Positions 26,392 through 39,700 of a DNA stretch of 64,000 bases are shown here, piece by piece. How positions within the stretch are numbered: position 1 is the stretch's first letter; each line of letters opens with the position of its first letter. The notes below the pieces were generated by a model. It was not told the origin of the DNA. It was given only the letters and a program-made list of their open reading frames with translations, and made no database searches. The DNA is from Mytilus edulis (lineage: Eukaryota): positions 26,846,001 through 26,910,000 of the forward strand of contig NC_092353.1 in assembly GCF_963676685.1 (NCBI RefSeq). Direction: 5' to 3'. Made by a program: the position numbers and the translations under genes.

Positions 26392-27098
26392 CAATCGGAA
26401 CTACTCGGCCTTTCTAGTTGCACGAAGAAATAACAAGCCTATGGTCATTGTAAAATTTACTGTTTTCTTTAAAATTGACAAGTGAATTCCTTATTCAAAA
26501 TTTTCATTTTGATGCCTCCATGGGGGAAATCCCCCGAAAACAGTGGCAGGTATGCAATTGTTAGCACCAGCATTAACTGCAATAACTTCAGATTTGGTTT
26601 ATTTTAAATACTCACAGTTTGCGGCATGGATTCATCGAAGTCCTCATCATCACTGCTGTAACTGTAAACTTCAGTTCCTTGGAGATTTACAAATGACACC
26701 CGGATACCGTTTTCTTTAAGATTTTACTTGATCCTGCATGATTAAAGTCAGTGTACAAATAACAATAACAATCCCAATTTCCTCTTTCATACGGACCAAT
26801 GGCAGCATTTGAAAAATCAAACTGTTTCCGTATCCAGTCGGAAGAATGCTAACACAATCATTCCCAAATTGTAAAGCCTGTAAAGTATCTATTTGTTTGT
26901 CTTTTAATGGAAAGGTTATCTTAAGGTTTTCTCTATCGAGATTTATTTTCGACTCCATCTTAGATTAGTTTCACCTCCGATGAACTATATTTTAAAGCGA
27001 GAGGATATACTTCCGGTGAACAACATAAGAAGAGTTTCTCCGTAGTGTAATCGAGGTTATTGTACTGCATAGCGAGAATGGCCGAGTAGCTACGATTG
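26392..27098 (-). mobile_element. AcademH-like deletion derivative carrying a RecQ helicase fragment, 10-bp TSD
   Basis: TIRs CAATCGGAACTACTCGGCCTTTCT vs CAATCGTAGCTACTCGGCCATTCT. TSD GTTCCCAATA (26382-26391) vs GTTCCAAATA (27099-27108). Internal ORF 26716..26958 has RecQ Q-motif, motif I and motif Ia. Confidence 0.8.
26716..26958 (-). pseudogene. RecQ-like SF2 helicase N-terminal fragment (transposon-borne)
   Basis: LKDKQ..LQAL..GNDCVSILPTGYGNSLIFQMLP...IVIVICTLTLIMQDQV. The Walker A GKS is mutated to GNS and the frame ends before the DEAH box. Confidence 0.8.
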
Positions 27099-28504
27099 GT
27101 TCCAAATAATGAACTCCATTTTTGTGTTGTATCTTTCCAAGTTTAAATGATACTCCAGGGCGTGTATTTCCTATCATGATTTCGTTAATAGATGATTTTT
27201 TCTCACAAGGAAGCTATTAAACCAAGAGTTCCAAATGGTGATGTTGAAAACATTCCTTCGTAAATTTAACGGACCCCAACATGAGTTGGTTGACCATTCT
27301 TGAATATCTGTTTCTCACAAATGAAAGCAGATTCTTAATGTCGTAACTACAATCCCATCCCCATTCCCAAATGTGACCTACCGAATTAAACTTATTACCT
27401 GGTTTGTACTAACATGAGCAACACTACATTCTGCCTACCCTTCCAGATCACCCAAGATCACCCTCAGTTTTTGTAGAGGTTCATTTTACTGAGTCTTTAG
27501 TTATCTATGTTGTGTTTGTTTGTCTTTGTCTTTTCTTATTCTTGGTCTGTTTATACTACAGTTTAGTGTTTCTGTTGTTCCAAACTTTCCCTTTTTGTAT
27601 GTGATCTGTTTTCATTGGTTTTAATTTTCATATAAGAAGTAAAAGCACAAAAATATTGAATTCTGAGGAATACTCAAAATCAAAAGCTCAAAAAACATCT
27701 AACGAATGGATAACAACTGTCATATTTTTGACTTGGTACTGACATTTTCTTAGAAAATGATGGATTAAACTTGATTCTATAGCTAGCTAAACCTCACACT
27801 TGTATGAAAATGGCATCAAATTCCATTATATTGACAACGATGTGTGAACAAAACAAACATACATTATATGTAAACTGTCAAAAATAAGAGTACAGCAGTC
27901 AATATTGTGTTGTAATCTTAATCTCTATAACAAAGAAGCACAAAAAGCATATAAGCAGTATGAAAGAAACGAGTACAAAAAATACAATAGCACAATAATT
28001 CAATGACAGGATGTAACAGAGCCAAGTCATATGTTTGGAAGAAACGCAAAGAGGCATATAGAAAAAGAACATTAGCAAAAATGAAAGACAAGAATACAAA
28101 AATCCGCAAAGAACAATAACACAATGACAGAGCCACGTCATATAACCCAGATTTGTTTGCTCTTAATCGACGTATGATTTTTGAACAGCTGTATACTACT
28201 GTCGCCTTTATTTAACCATATCGTTGTCAGTTCATTCTCGACTTATGAGTTCGAATGTCTCTTTTGTATCTTTCGCCTCTTGTTTTCAATACTTTTTGGT
28301 ATTGGTTAAAAATATGAAGGGGTAATGCACTTTTTCCCAAGGTCTATTTTAATTACAGTTTATAGTCATTTTAAGTATTTACGACTTGTAAAAAAAACCT
28401 TTGTTTGGGGTAGGGAAGTGATATTTAAGTTGTTTGGAATTGAAATTATCAACAATAACAAATTCTTGATCCCTTAATGTTAGTGTTGAAAAAATATACC
28501 TGCT

Positions 28505-29241
28505 ATGAATTATACGGTAATGGTTACAAGATTTATGGTAAAAATATTTATTAATAGTCGTGTCCATTACCAATCCCAGCAAAACATATTAATACCTTTG
28601 TCAATAAGTGAATTATATATTGCTTCCTGTACAGACTGTTTTAGAAAAAATGTATTGCGTAAACTATACATTTATTTTGTAGTTATTTTTATCGTAGCCT
28701 GATTTGACCTTTCTTATGTGATCTTATGTAAAATAATTACTGGTAGAAAGGTGTGTGTCTGTTATAAGCTGAGGTTATAAGATTATAATGATGTGTGGTA
28801 ATCAAGTAGACGTCTTTGATTTCCAGTGATGTAAAAATGATTAAGCTGCACCTGGTGTTTCGGATATCATTTAGGTCATTTTTGACCAAGGCCGTAAATC
28901 CTCATCAGGTACCCTAGCCTTGTATCATTATAAATACTATGTAATTACAATTTGATTAGTTCTTGCTCTGGTAACATATCAAATGTAGTGTTATTTTTAG
29001 GGCACGACACCTGGTGAATCTGCAATATCATTATTATTCTTATGTCCTTTCTTATCTAATTACTATTTAATTATTTATAGTGATTATAATTTTGCCGAGG
29101 TCAAATACTCCTTCACGTTCTTATGTTTACGATAAGCAATCATAGGTGGTCTGGGAAATAAATTCTTAGCAGTTATATCATTTTCTATTAACTGCCAATG
29201 AATTATACGGTAATGGTTACAAGATTTATGGTAAAAATATT
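28505..29241. repeat. ~44-bp direct repeat pair
   Basis: ATGAATTATACGGTAATGGTTACAAGATTTATGGTAAAAATATT at 28505 and 29198. Confidence 0.85.
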
Positions 29242-30300
29242 ATGTTATTAAAAGTTGCAGTTTGTCTTATGAAATAAATACGGTGCATGTTTTTAAAGAT
29301 TTTTCTTTTAATCTTCAGATGACAATTTCTTTACTGAAATAATCAGAGTACTGAAGTACTGAACATCGGATGACCGCAAGTTCTTGTTGATGGTCACAAG
29401 CACTTGTCGGGGAAAAAACATCACATCCTTATACCTGAAAGTGAGGTTAGATGTATTTTTCCCCAGACAAATTACGTGCGTGGATGATGAATAAATGACA
29501 AAATATGCAACCTCGCCGTAATAACTATATTACATTGATTAAGTACAACGCTTATTTAAAACCTACTTAAAATTCAGTACATGATATTTAGATTCGTACT
29601 TTATATTTTAAAATCAAACGCAATATATATTTATTATATAAGAATAAATTATGAAAAATAAAACGCAATAGATTTTTCTTACATAAGGTATAAACTTAAC
29701 ATAGTTATTTGAACTCGAAAAAACATAAAATACATAATTTGTTCTTTTAAATTTTAAGAGAAGTCCTCTGTAAGCATATAAATCTGTTTTTATCTTCATT
29801 TTTTATTATTATTATGTAAATTCGTAAACTGTTCAATGACACTTTAAAAAAATATTTGTAAATTTGTGTAAATTAGTGTCGATGGCAACCACAGAACATT
29901 TGCTATAAATAACCTTGTTAAATCTAATAATTGAAAAATCACGTACTACTGTACCCAGTCTGAATTGAAAAAAAGATAATTATATTACTGAACATTTCAC
30001 ATAAGTTGAAAGTTTAACATGTTTAATGTTTACCATTAAATATACGACAATTGTAAGTATCTTTACACCATCACATCTCGGTATAATATTACATTTAAAA
30101 AATGGTAGATTTATTTAAGGACTTCATTTGGTACTGGACTAGTATCCTGTAACTGGGATCGTTTTCCAACTCTTTGAAATGAAGCTCTTACTTTGTTTAT
30201 TTTAAAGCAGAACTGATGTACGATTAAACTAACATATATCAGTTATTATAAAAAAAGATACGACGTCTGCTAAGTATCTATTTAAAGTAAATTTTCACTA

Positions 30301-30727
30301 TCAAACTGCAGCTTTGGACATCCAACTCTTAACGGTAGGTTGTTTCTTTATGCGTCGTTTCTTCTTTCTAGTTTTAGCTTTCTCTACTGTCCCACCAAGT
30401 GGCGCACTGTAAGATATACCAGTTGTCTTTTTACCTCGTGCAGATAATGTTTCATCTTCCTTATTTGATATTGAAATTTTACTAGCAGACGACAAGACAC
30501 TGTGATAACTTGTAGAAGCAATTGATGGTAGTTTCTTTATTTGTGTTCCTCCTTGTTGTTTTGTTACTACAATGAGCTCTTCGTCATCAGTAGAAACCAC
30601 TTTTGTTGGTAGGTTTAGATCTAATATTCTTTTGTGGTGTTCTTTTACTTTTTTTATTTGTTGTCTTTCCTTGATCTTCAATCTTCTTTCGCCATATATT
30701 TCTTCCTTAACTGCATCCACAAGCTTC
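30301..30727 (-). CDS. LRRC74-like terminal exon 13 (basic low-complexity tail)
   Basis: CAG acceptor at 30730-30728; TGA at 30303-30301; overlaps ORF 30301..30738. Confidence 0.86.
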
Positions 30728-33700
30728 CTGACAAACAAAAATCAGACAATTAGTCGACCTCTACCACTGTCATAGGAGACTTCGATTACAATGCAATTTT
30801 TTCATAAGAATTCAAGTATTCGTCGAAATAATTCATTTAATTGTTTTTCAATATGAATAATAATAAAAAAAGAATTTCCATTTAATATTTTGTATTTTTA
30901 ATAAATCGGCTCTATTCATTGAGGTCAGACTAAAATTCACTGTAATGTAATGTTGATTTAATATATACTTGTAATTTATATTTCCATGTACAGCTATAGA
31001 GTCTGCTAGTGCGTCCATCTCAAACTCAAACAAATGGACACCACATTTCTAAAAATAGAATGTTTCATTTAGTTATAAAAAAAAATGAATAACAACGGCG
31101 AAAATAAAATTTTATTATTTATTATAAAAAGTTGTAGAAAAATTGGATGGATTCCTGTTTTAGTGATTCAGTTTGAGAAATATATGTCAATACAATCGTT
31201 GATTATTAAACTGTATCAGTTTTTTTCTTTCTTAATGGTATTATGTATATGAGTAAAAGGAAAGCAATACTCGAAACCATCTTAAATTTGTATTTCTTCA
31301 TTTAAGTAATGTGAAACTTTAAATTAAAAAATGAATGTTGCATATGTTTTTTGCAATTAAATGGCTAGTTTTTATTATAAAACTTGTGTATAAATACTTT
31401 TTTTCTCAAGAAAATTTTATAGTTGTCCCAATTAGAATATTTTTTTTAAATGCTTGCTTCCAGTAAACAATTCGCGGAATACGGATATGTTTTCCGTATG
31501 CAGTGAATTCAGCGCCGTGACCTTACTGGTAAAAATCCGGTGATCGCTTTACGCATATTAGGTTATTGTACATGCTATACACGTGCTCAATATCCATGCT
31601 TTTTGTTGATTGTTTACTAAAAGGTGACAATCGGTTTCAAAACACGACAATTAATTAGCTGCCATATTTTCACATCATAACAGACCGAGAGAGAAAAAAA
31701 TGACGATTATACGATATGGATGCGTAAAAAATAATTAAATTGTGCACAGAAGACTACGTGTATGATAAATACATGCATGGGTATAAGAATTCGATAAACA
31801 ATATTTTTCACCAGTCATTCGTTTCATACGACTTTAAGGGAAGTAATAAATCCTTTATACTGAATCTTAAAACATACCTTTAAACGCTTTATGAATTCGT
31901 CCTTTGTGATGTCAAATTGTACATTTTTATCAAATCCTCTGAGGAGTTCCACAGGTCTTATTCCTAAACGTTTCATGTAAGCCAGTAAACGCTGCATTGC
32001 TGTTGCTTGTAAAACTGTAAGAATAATTGTCTCATATATTTGAAGAACAATTCTTAAAGTTGTTTTAAGGTAGATGGGGTTTCTTCCACCAAATTTGATT
32101 GTGAAATAGGAGGAAATAATCGGTCTACATCACAAATGAAATGAGCAAATTCGAGAGAAGAATGTATTTCAACTAAATGAAGAAAATATTGAGTTTATTA
32201 TATTTTATAATTTTCTTACAAATACAGAATATGGTTTGTTTGCTTCGATATTTATCAACTTGGACATTTAAGGAGTGATCACTTTTTTTTTATACAGGAT
32301 TGTATCGTGATTTCACCTATTCACCTATTCTGTTTTGAAGCAAGAAAAACGAGTACCCTGACCACTGATCCCAATTTTTCTTTTTATTTCCTGGAATCAC
32401 ATTATACGAGCTATCTTTTCAAATTAAACTTTTAAATTCTGTTTTAAATTTTTTTTTTTTAATCACACAACATTGTTTAAAAAAAATCTATGGAATTAAC
32501 TCTACCTCGCCTTGAATTATAAAATTTTCTTAATTTCGTATATACACTTAATATATATATAAAATTAAAAGCTTATTATGATCAATGTAGTCTAGCACTG
32601 TTTATCCAATCGCTGAGATATCTAAAAGAAATTCTTATCCCTATCATCACGTTTTATATTACTGAATGCTTACAGATTGATTAAACGTAAAACTTGTCTT
32701 AAAATGAAGATTTGTCTAAAAAAAAAGATTGTGTATATACATTTTATAGTTGGTATATATCAGCATCGTGTATCAGATGTTTTCTTTTCAAATGTCAGTA
32801 ACCTACCAAATCTTTGTCCAAGTACGTCTGGTGTATGGACTACATCTCCATGTGTAAACTGGAATGGTCTTTGTCTATTTATCACAAATGCAAGAAGGGT
32901 TGTCTCACTTAATACAGGTATATCCTATATATAAATAAAGCTGTATCATTATTTTCTACCTCAGAAATAGACTACCTTAGCTGTATTTGGCAAAACTTTT
33001 GGATTTTGATCCTCAATGCTCTTCAACTTCGTACTTTATTTGGCCTTTTTAACTTTTTTGGATTCGAGCGTCAATGTAGACGAAACGCGCGTATTAGTGC
33101 GTAAATACAAAATTTAATCCTGGTATCTTTAATGAGTTTAATTATTATATAATTCGCCGTTTCAGAATCTAATGCATCCTGGGTAATATTTTCAAAAGCG
33201 TACACCAAAGCGTTTTGATTGGTTTAAAACGTTAACAATGGAAATTCAACCAATGACGTAACGTTATTTTCACTTTGGGGTACGAACAATGAAATTACCC
33301 ATGATGCTTTAGATTCTGAAACGGCCAATTCAATGTCAAATTAAATAAACATTTTCTATCTAGATATTCTTTTATAAATTTGACCTGATCTGTTGTGGCT
33401 TTTTGCAGAAGTGTAATTGTTGTAGGATGTGATACTTTAGGAAGTAAGGAAAGGTAAACAAAGTACTAGAGCATTTGCATTAATCAAGTATTTGCTGACG
33501 TATCCGTATCGACGTATCGTATAACACGTATATGAGGAAAAAATAAATTAAATCAAGTTGGTCCCGATGAAAATATTATATAATGCATTTAATTTTTATT
33601 GCGATCGGGGTAAAATCATTATTGTAAACAAATCTGTTCGATCCGTATACGTCGATCCGTGCACGTATTCTGATACGTGAATAATGCAAATGCTCTTCTA

Positions 33701-36700
33701 GAGCATTTCATTAATCAAGTATAACACGTTTATGAGGAAAGGATAAATTAAGTCAAGTTGGTCCCGATGAAAATATTGAATAATGCATTTTTATTTTTAT
33801 TTCAATTGAGATCGGGGTAAAATCATTATTGTAAACAAATCTGGTCGATACGTATACGTCGATCCGTGCACGTATCCTGATACGTGCATAATGGAAATGC
33901 TCTATTTAAAATATTGAACAATCTAACGAAACCCCGCGCCTTGGTTAAACATTTACCATTGGACCATCGGTACCACCAACAATTTGGCTTCGTCAGAAAT
34001 AACATACTGGAATAGTTCCTACGCATTAGTCTAACTTTATAAAATATATACAATATTTTCATAATTTGCGATATCAAATGAAAGCTGAATGACTGTTGAT
34101 CATTGAAGAGTACTTTTTGACTAGATCATTAATTTTAGATAGTAATTACATCACGGAATGAGCCTTGGTTTTTTTATATCTGAATTCCCTGTTTTTGGTA
34201 CTTCCTATAAGTGCTGAAACCAATGCGTTCTTAAATAAAACTCAACTGGATAACTGTTTATTTAGATTTTTTCAGCACAATGCTTTGCCATAGAATAACT
34301 AACTATTTTTAAAATTAAGACAAAAGAGCTATTTGATGTTGCAATTGAATAATTTAACATAGCACGCAACGGGACCGATAGTTATTTTTGTGCCTCCTTT
34401 AAAATAGAAATACAACAGACACTTAGAAGATGCATACAACATTACTAGTAAATGTCTTTGTTCCTCGGACTTTTGCAACTGAACGGTACAAAAAAGACAT
34501 CACATACGTCTGAAGATTTTACAGATATATAAAATACGTAAAAGTTGCAGACCTACAAATATTGAACCAATACAATAAGCTTTTAAGTTTTAGTTTTCAT
34601 CTAGATAAAATCTTTCCAAAGCACCATTTATAAATACTATCAATAAGGATTAGAATGTAAAATTCACCGTCAGATCCAGTGATTTCAAAGCGCTTGTTTT
34701 TGTTTCTGCGGCTTCGACAAGGTCCATCGCACCTGTTGTGGTTATTGGATTGTTTCCTATCTAAAAAAGAAAAAAAATATGTTTACAATGTATAAAAACA
34801 TCTCTTCATTTTTGTATATGTTTTGTATTTGATACATATATAATAAACATCAATGTTGGCAAACAAGATTAAGTAGACATTCTCTTTTTTTATATGGAAA
34901 CACTGTTGATTTTATTTTGATAAGACAAACTTTACGGAATTGGGAAACGTTATGTTACGAAAATAACAGTTAATTCTGAAGCTATTGAATTAATAAATAC
35001 ATAAATCTATACATAAATATACATTTATAGATATCAAGATAAATTTTATAATAATTTATCTCTCTATTACACACATCGTCTTATGAAGAAATAGAATTGC
35101 ATATTTGTACTTGAACGTGCCATGCCGTGAGTCAAATATTATACTAGTTAGCTCAAAATGAAAAAGGATTATCGACCTACTCTGAAATATAAAATATCTC
35201 TAAGCTGACAAGCATTTGCTCTTATTCCTAAATGTCACATGCTCAGTAGAGAATCAGCATACACCAGTATGTAAACAAATAAGATCGTACATTTAAAACC
35301 TGTAAAGAAGTATTCTTTGCCAGTGCCTTGCTAAGGATCTCAGCTGCTTTCCAGTTAATTCTATTATTTGATATGTCAATTGTCTGCAGAGTTCTGTTTC
35401 TTTTCAATGCTTCACACAGCGATATGGTGCCTTCATAACCTAACCCATTCCAGGATAAATCAATTGATTTCAAGCATGTATTTACCTACAACCAAAATGT
35501 CTTATATAATCACAATCAATAATGCAGAATTAGAAATAGAAATAAGTACTGGGTGTAAACTACACTGTGTTAGAGGCATCAGTAATGAATTGTGAATATG
35601 GAAACGTGAAGGAGAACAGGAGCAAAAATATTTGCGATAAAAAAAAGACCAATGATCAATGTATAACGCTGCCACACATTTTTTAAGCGCAATACTTTTA
35701 AAATGTTCATAATAAAAGTTGACTTCGATTGCACAATGCAGCATAGTACAGTTATAGCTTTAAACAATGAAATAATATGTCTTTGCAAACAATTTGTAAA
35801 ACATTTTCTTGAAGTGTACGTAATTAACCCTTACCTTTAAAATCGAGCGTACAAAACCTAATACTGTGCTAGTTTGACTAAAGTTCAACAAATTTACAGG
35901 ACAAAATTTGATACCAGCTCGCATTTGCTTCTGTCAATATTTTTGGCATGAATTAACTTATACTGTACATTCTTATTTTGTACATTACAAATAATTTGTT
36001 CGAGTTCATGAATAAATTTTCAACAGGTTCCAATATGGAAAGATTGGATTGCCTCGAATAGGAATAATAGTGGAGAGGTACCAATATGGAAAGATTGGAT
36101 TGCCTCGAATAGGAATAATAGTGGAGGTAGAGTGTGTAAACATTGCCTGCTATGTATTGATTTTCGTAATATGTAACCCTAGCTCTTCTTTGTATATAAA
36201 GGTCACAATCGAAACAAGACGCAATTGGTATAACAAAATCAATATAGAATATAATGCATGCGTTTTCTTTCTTACTTTTGTATTTATTTAAAGTATGCTT
36301 CCTAAGTCAGGAATCTGATGTGCAGTATATGTCGTTTGTTGATGTGGTTCATAATTGTTTCTCATTTCTCGTTTTTAATATAGACTAGACCGTTGGTTTT
36401 CCCGTTTGAATGGTTTTACACTAGTTTATTTTGATGCCCTTTATAGCTAGCTGTTCGATGTGAGCCAAGGCTCCCTGTTGACCGTATATTGGCCAATCAT
36501 GGTTTACTTTTATTAATTGTGACTTGGATGGAGAGTTGTCTCATTGACACTCAAGTCACATCTTCCTATATCTATTCATGTATTATTGTTCATCAGCTTT
36601 TGATACAGATTTTTAAAGACAATGCTTACCATAATTCCTTTAAAAATTGCTACGGCACCTTTACCTCTAATCTCATTCCAGCTCAGATTCAGTTTTTCGA

Positions 36701-39700
36701 GCTTTTTATTCTCAGCTATAAAAAAAATTATAAAGCTTATTCAAAATAAATCTTCTTATTCATGCTAAATCTAATTTTTATTCATTTTTTTCGCAAGTTA
36801 TTAACCAATACAACAACTAACTCTTGTAATAAGACATTTCCAAAATTACTGGTTTCAATGACCTGTCCATATTTTTGAAATTTAAAAGAAAAAACAATAG
36901 ATGGTGGGACATCATAATATAAGGGTTTAAAAGTTTATAATCGGAAAAAGAATATTTACTGAGTATGATTTTTATCAATTTATTTACCTATCGGACTTAT
37001 TCTCTCATTGTACACAAAGATATGTGAAACACGAAACGAGCTAGCAAGATGGGTCTGGTTAAATGATTATAAAACCGACTTAAGTTTTATCCTCGTAAGA
37101 AATATTAATTCGCAAAATAAATAGTAAACGATAATAAAGATGGAAAATTATACGTAAGCAGTGGTATATATACAATGGATGATCTCCATCTATACAGGTA
37201 TAATCACCATGTAGAGGGTTTGTTCCCAACCTGACTAATGCAATGATGATAATGTTCATACAAAGACTTACCTATTGCAGAACCTAAAACGTTTCCACTT
37301 CTTGAACAAAATCCATTCTTACTTAAATCGATGTTGCAGATTCTATCATTCTTCTGGAATAAATACATGTAAATCGAGTTTTAGCACTGTCACATTTTCC
37401 CATTGATTGATTGAATACTGTTTACTTGAGTCAAATGACATATATTGTATGCATATTCAAGACGAGATTAAATAAACAATAAGTAGAAAATGGTGGTCCA
37501 GGGAAGATTTAAAGGAGGCTTTATTCCTCAAACTGCCATTAGAAAATTATGGTATGTTGGATAGGGACAGAACTTTGCCGTTTGAAAGCGAGGAGCCATT
37601 CCATAAAAGTGTTATTGCAATGATTATTTTTAAATATTTTATAAAATTGCCAAGAATTCCTTAAAACTATATTAACTTAACAACGTAAAATACTATATAG
37701 TTAAAATTGAGAATGGAAATGGTGAATGTGTCAAGGAGACAACAACCCGACCATAGAACAGACAAACGCAGAAGGTCACCAATATGTCTTCAATGCAGCG
37801 AGAAATTCCCGCACCCTGAGGCGTCCTTCAGCTGGCCCCTAAATAAATATATATACTAGTTATAATGAATACCATACTCAACTCCAAACTATACACAAGA
37901 AAATTAAAAATAATACAAGACTAACAAAGGCAAGAGGCTCCTGACTTGGGACAGGCACAAAAATGCGGCGGGATTAAACATGTATATGAGATCTCAACCC
38001 TCCCCTATACCTCTAGTTGCTTACCTTATAGGTCGTCTTGTCTCTGATGAAAAAAATTGTCTCATTGTCAATTATAGCACATCTTTTGATATTTGTGTTC
38101 GGTTTTCATTTTTAAGGTTTTTTGTTTGTTTTGTTTGTTTTGCTTTTTTTTTTTAGTTAAATCGATTAATTAAGGTACTATTTTTATTCATACATATTCT
38201 CATTCTTTTATGTTTTAGATAAAATAACTAATTAATAAAGTTCCTAAATATGTTCAACTTACTGCAATAGCTCTTGATAAACTAAGAGCGGCCTCAAAGT
38301 CAAACTTATTTTCTACAATCAAAAAATTATATTTCTAGAAAAATCCTTATGTAATTTCAATAAATGACACTTAATTTGATCATATATACTCTGTATCAGA
38401 CGTTTCTAAAACTTTTTATACATGTAAAAATAAGACCCATTGGTGGCCTCCGGCTGTTGTCTGCTCCATGGTCGTGTTGTTGTCTCTTTGACACAATCCC
38501 CATTTCCATTCTCAATTTATGCTTGATAAATAACATATTTTAGTAAAATTGTTAATGTTATAGTCGAAATAATGTAAAAGAGCTTGATTCAAATATCAGG
38601 ACTTCTTGAAAGAGTGCAATGAAGGTTATTTTCTGGACGTCATAGATTGATCATCTGTCGCAGATGAAAATAGAAATGTACAGTTTTAATGTGTAGCAAT
38701 TTTGTAATATTTTCGATATGGTACAACAAAACTTAGTGACATATTAACAACGTCCCAGTTTCAGAACATCTAACTAATAACTTAACCGTATTCCAGTTGT
38801 GACACCGTGTTACAGATTTTAATAATCTAATAATCCTTTAGATTACAGCTAATTCACAAATCGTATTATTCAACACTCGCAAATAATTTATAAATGTGAA
38901 AAAAACATTTATTGATGAATCGATGTTATGACCTGATAAATTCAGTTGTTGGAGAAACTGTGATTGCATCAGAGCAATCGATAAATATTTTGCTGCTATA
39001 GTACCAAGTCCATTTTTGGAAACATTCTGAAAAAAATACAAATAAAGTTTCATCGTTATTGAAATGAAAGTTAATCTACTAAACTTGGTATAGTACTTAA
39101 TTTTATAAAAGAAATTATGAAATACGTACATGCTCTTTATTATTGAAAAATGTTTACACTCACCACATTCTTTCTGTTTTAATTGGTTAGCAGGTTGAAA
39201 GTTAACTAGCAATCATGTTTATGATCAACATTCAGCCTATGATTATTTTTTGTCGATAACACGTATAGGATTTTATTTCAATAACATGTAAAAACGTTCA
39301 CATAGTACTTAAAATATATGCATGCGCTGGTTCAAAAATTTCTTCGTAATTATCATCACCAGCATCTCGTTTCATATCGATGTAATGACAAAATCAATTT
39401 GAAACTAAGTAAGTGATGCTATATCTAAATTGGTAATCAAAGATAACTAATGTAGTCTACTTTGGAAAAATAGCTGGTAACATTAGAATAGTCATAGCTG
39501 TCCGAATTCTGGATTTTATCACGGAGGTGTCTGTTACATGCCTTCTTTTAATTTTTGCCTTTATTTTGGTTATATTATTGATATATATAACTTACAAGTC
39601 TACAAATTGAAGAATTTTCCAATAACATTTCGGAAACATATTTGCATCCTTCATCCTGAAGGTCAACTGCATCCAGGTTAAGTGTTTCTATTTTCATGTT

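Larger units (their letters stand above)
24560..27480 (+). pseudogene. Degraded Penelope-like retroelement reverse transcriptase
   Basis: Frameshifted motifs ITGDLNIINN, LHDKY..ADK..NNI, CNSIKTFDFSTLYT, DFLIDNIFVTFGG, LLADL, FRYIDD (~26175-26192), KLYDKRHDFRFP. After the insert: RACISYHDF..LTRKLLNQEFQ. Confidence 0.85.

Noticed and set aside
26716-26958. Host RecQ/WRN/BLM helicase gene
   Set aside because: Truncated, Walker A Lys lost, no further exons, and enclosed by TIRs and a TSD; transposon-derived.
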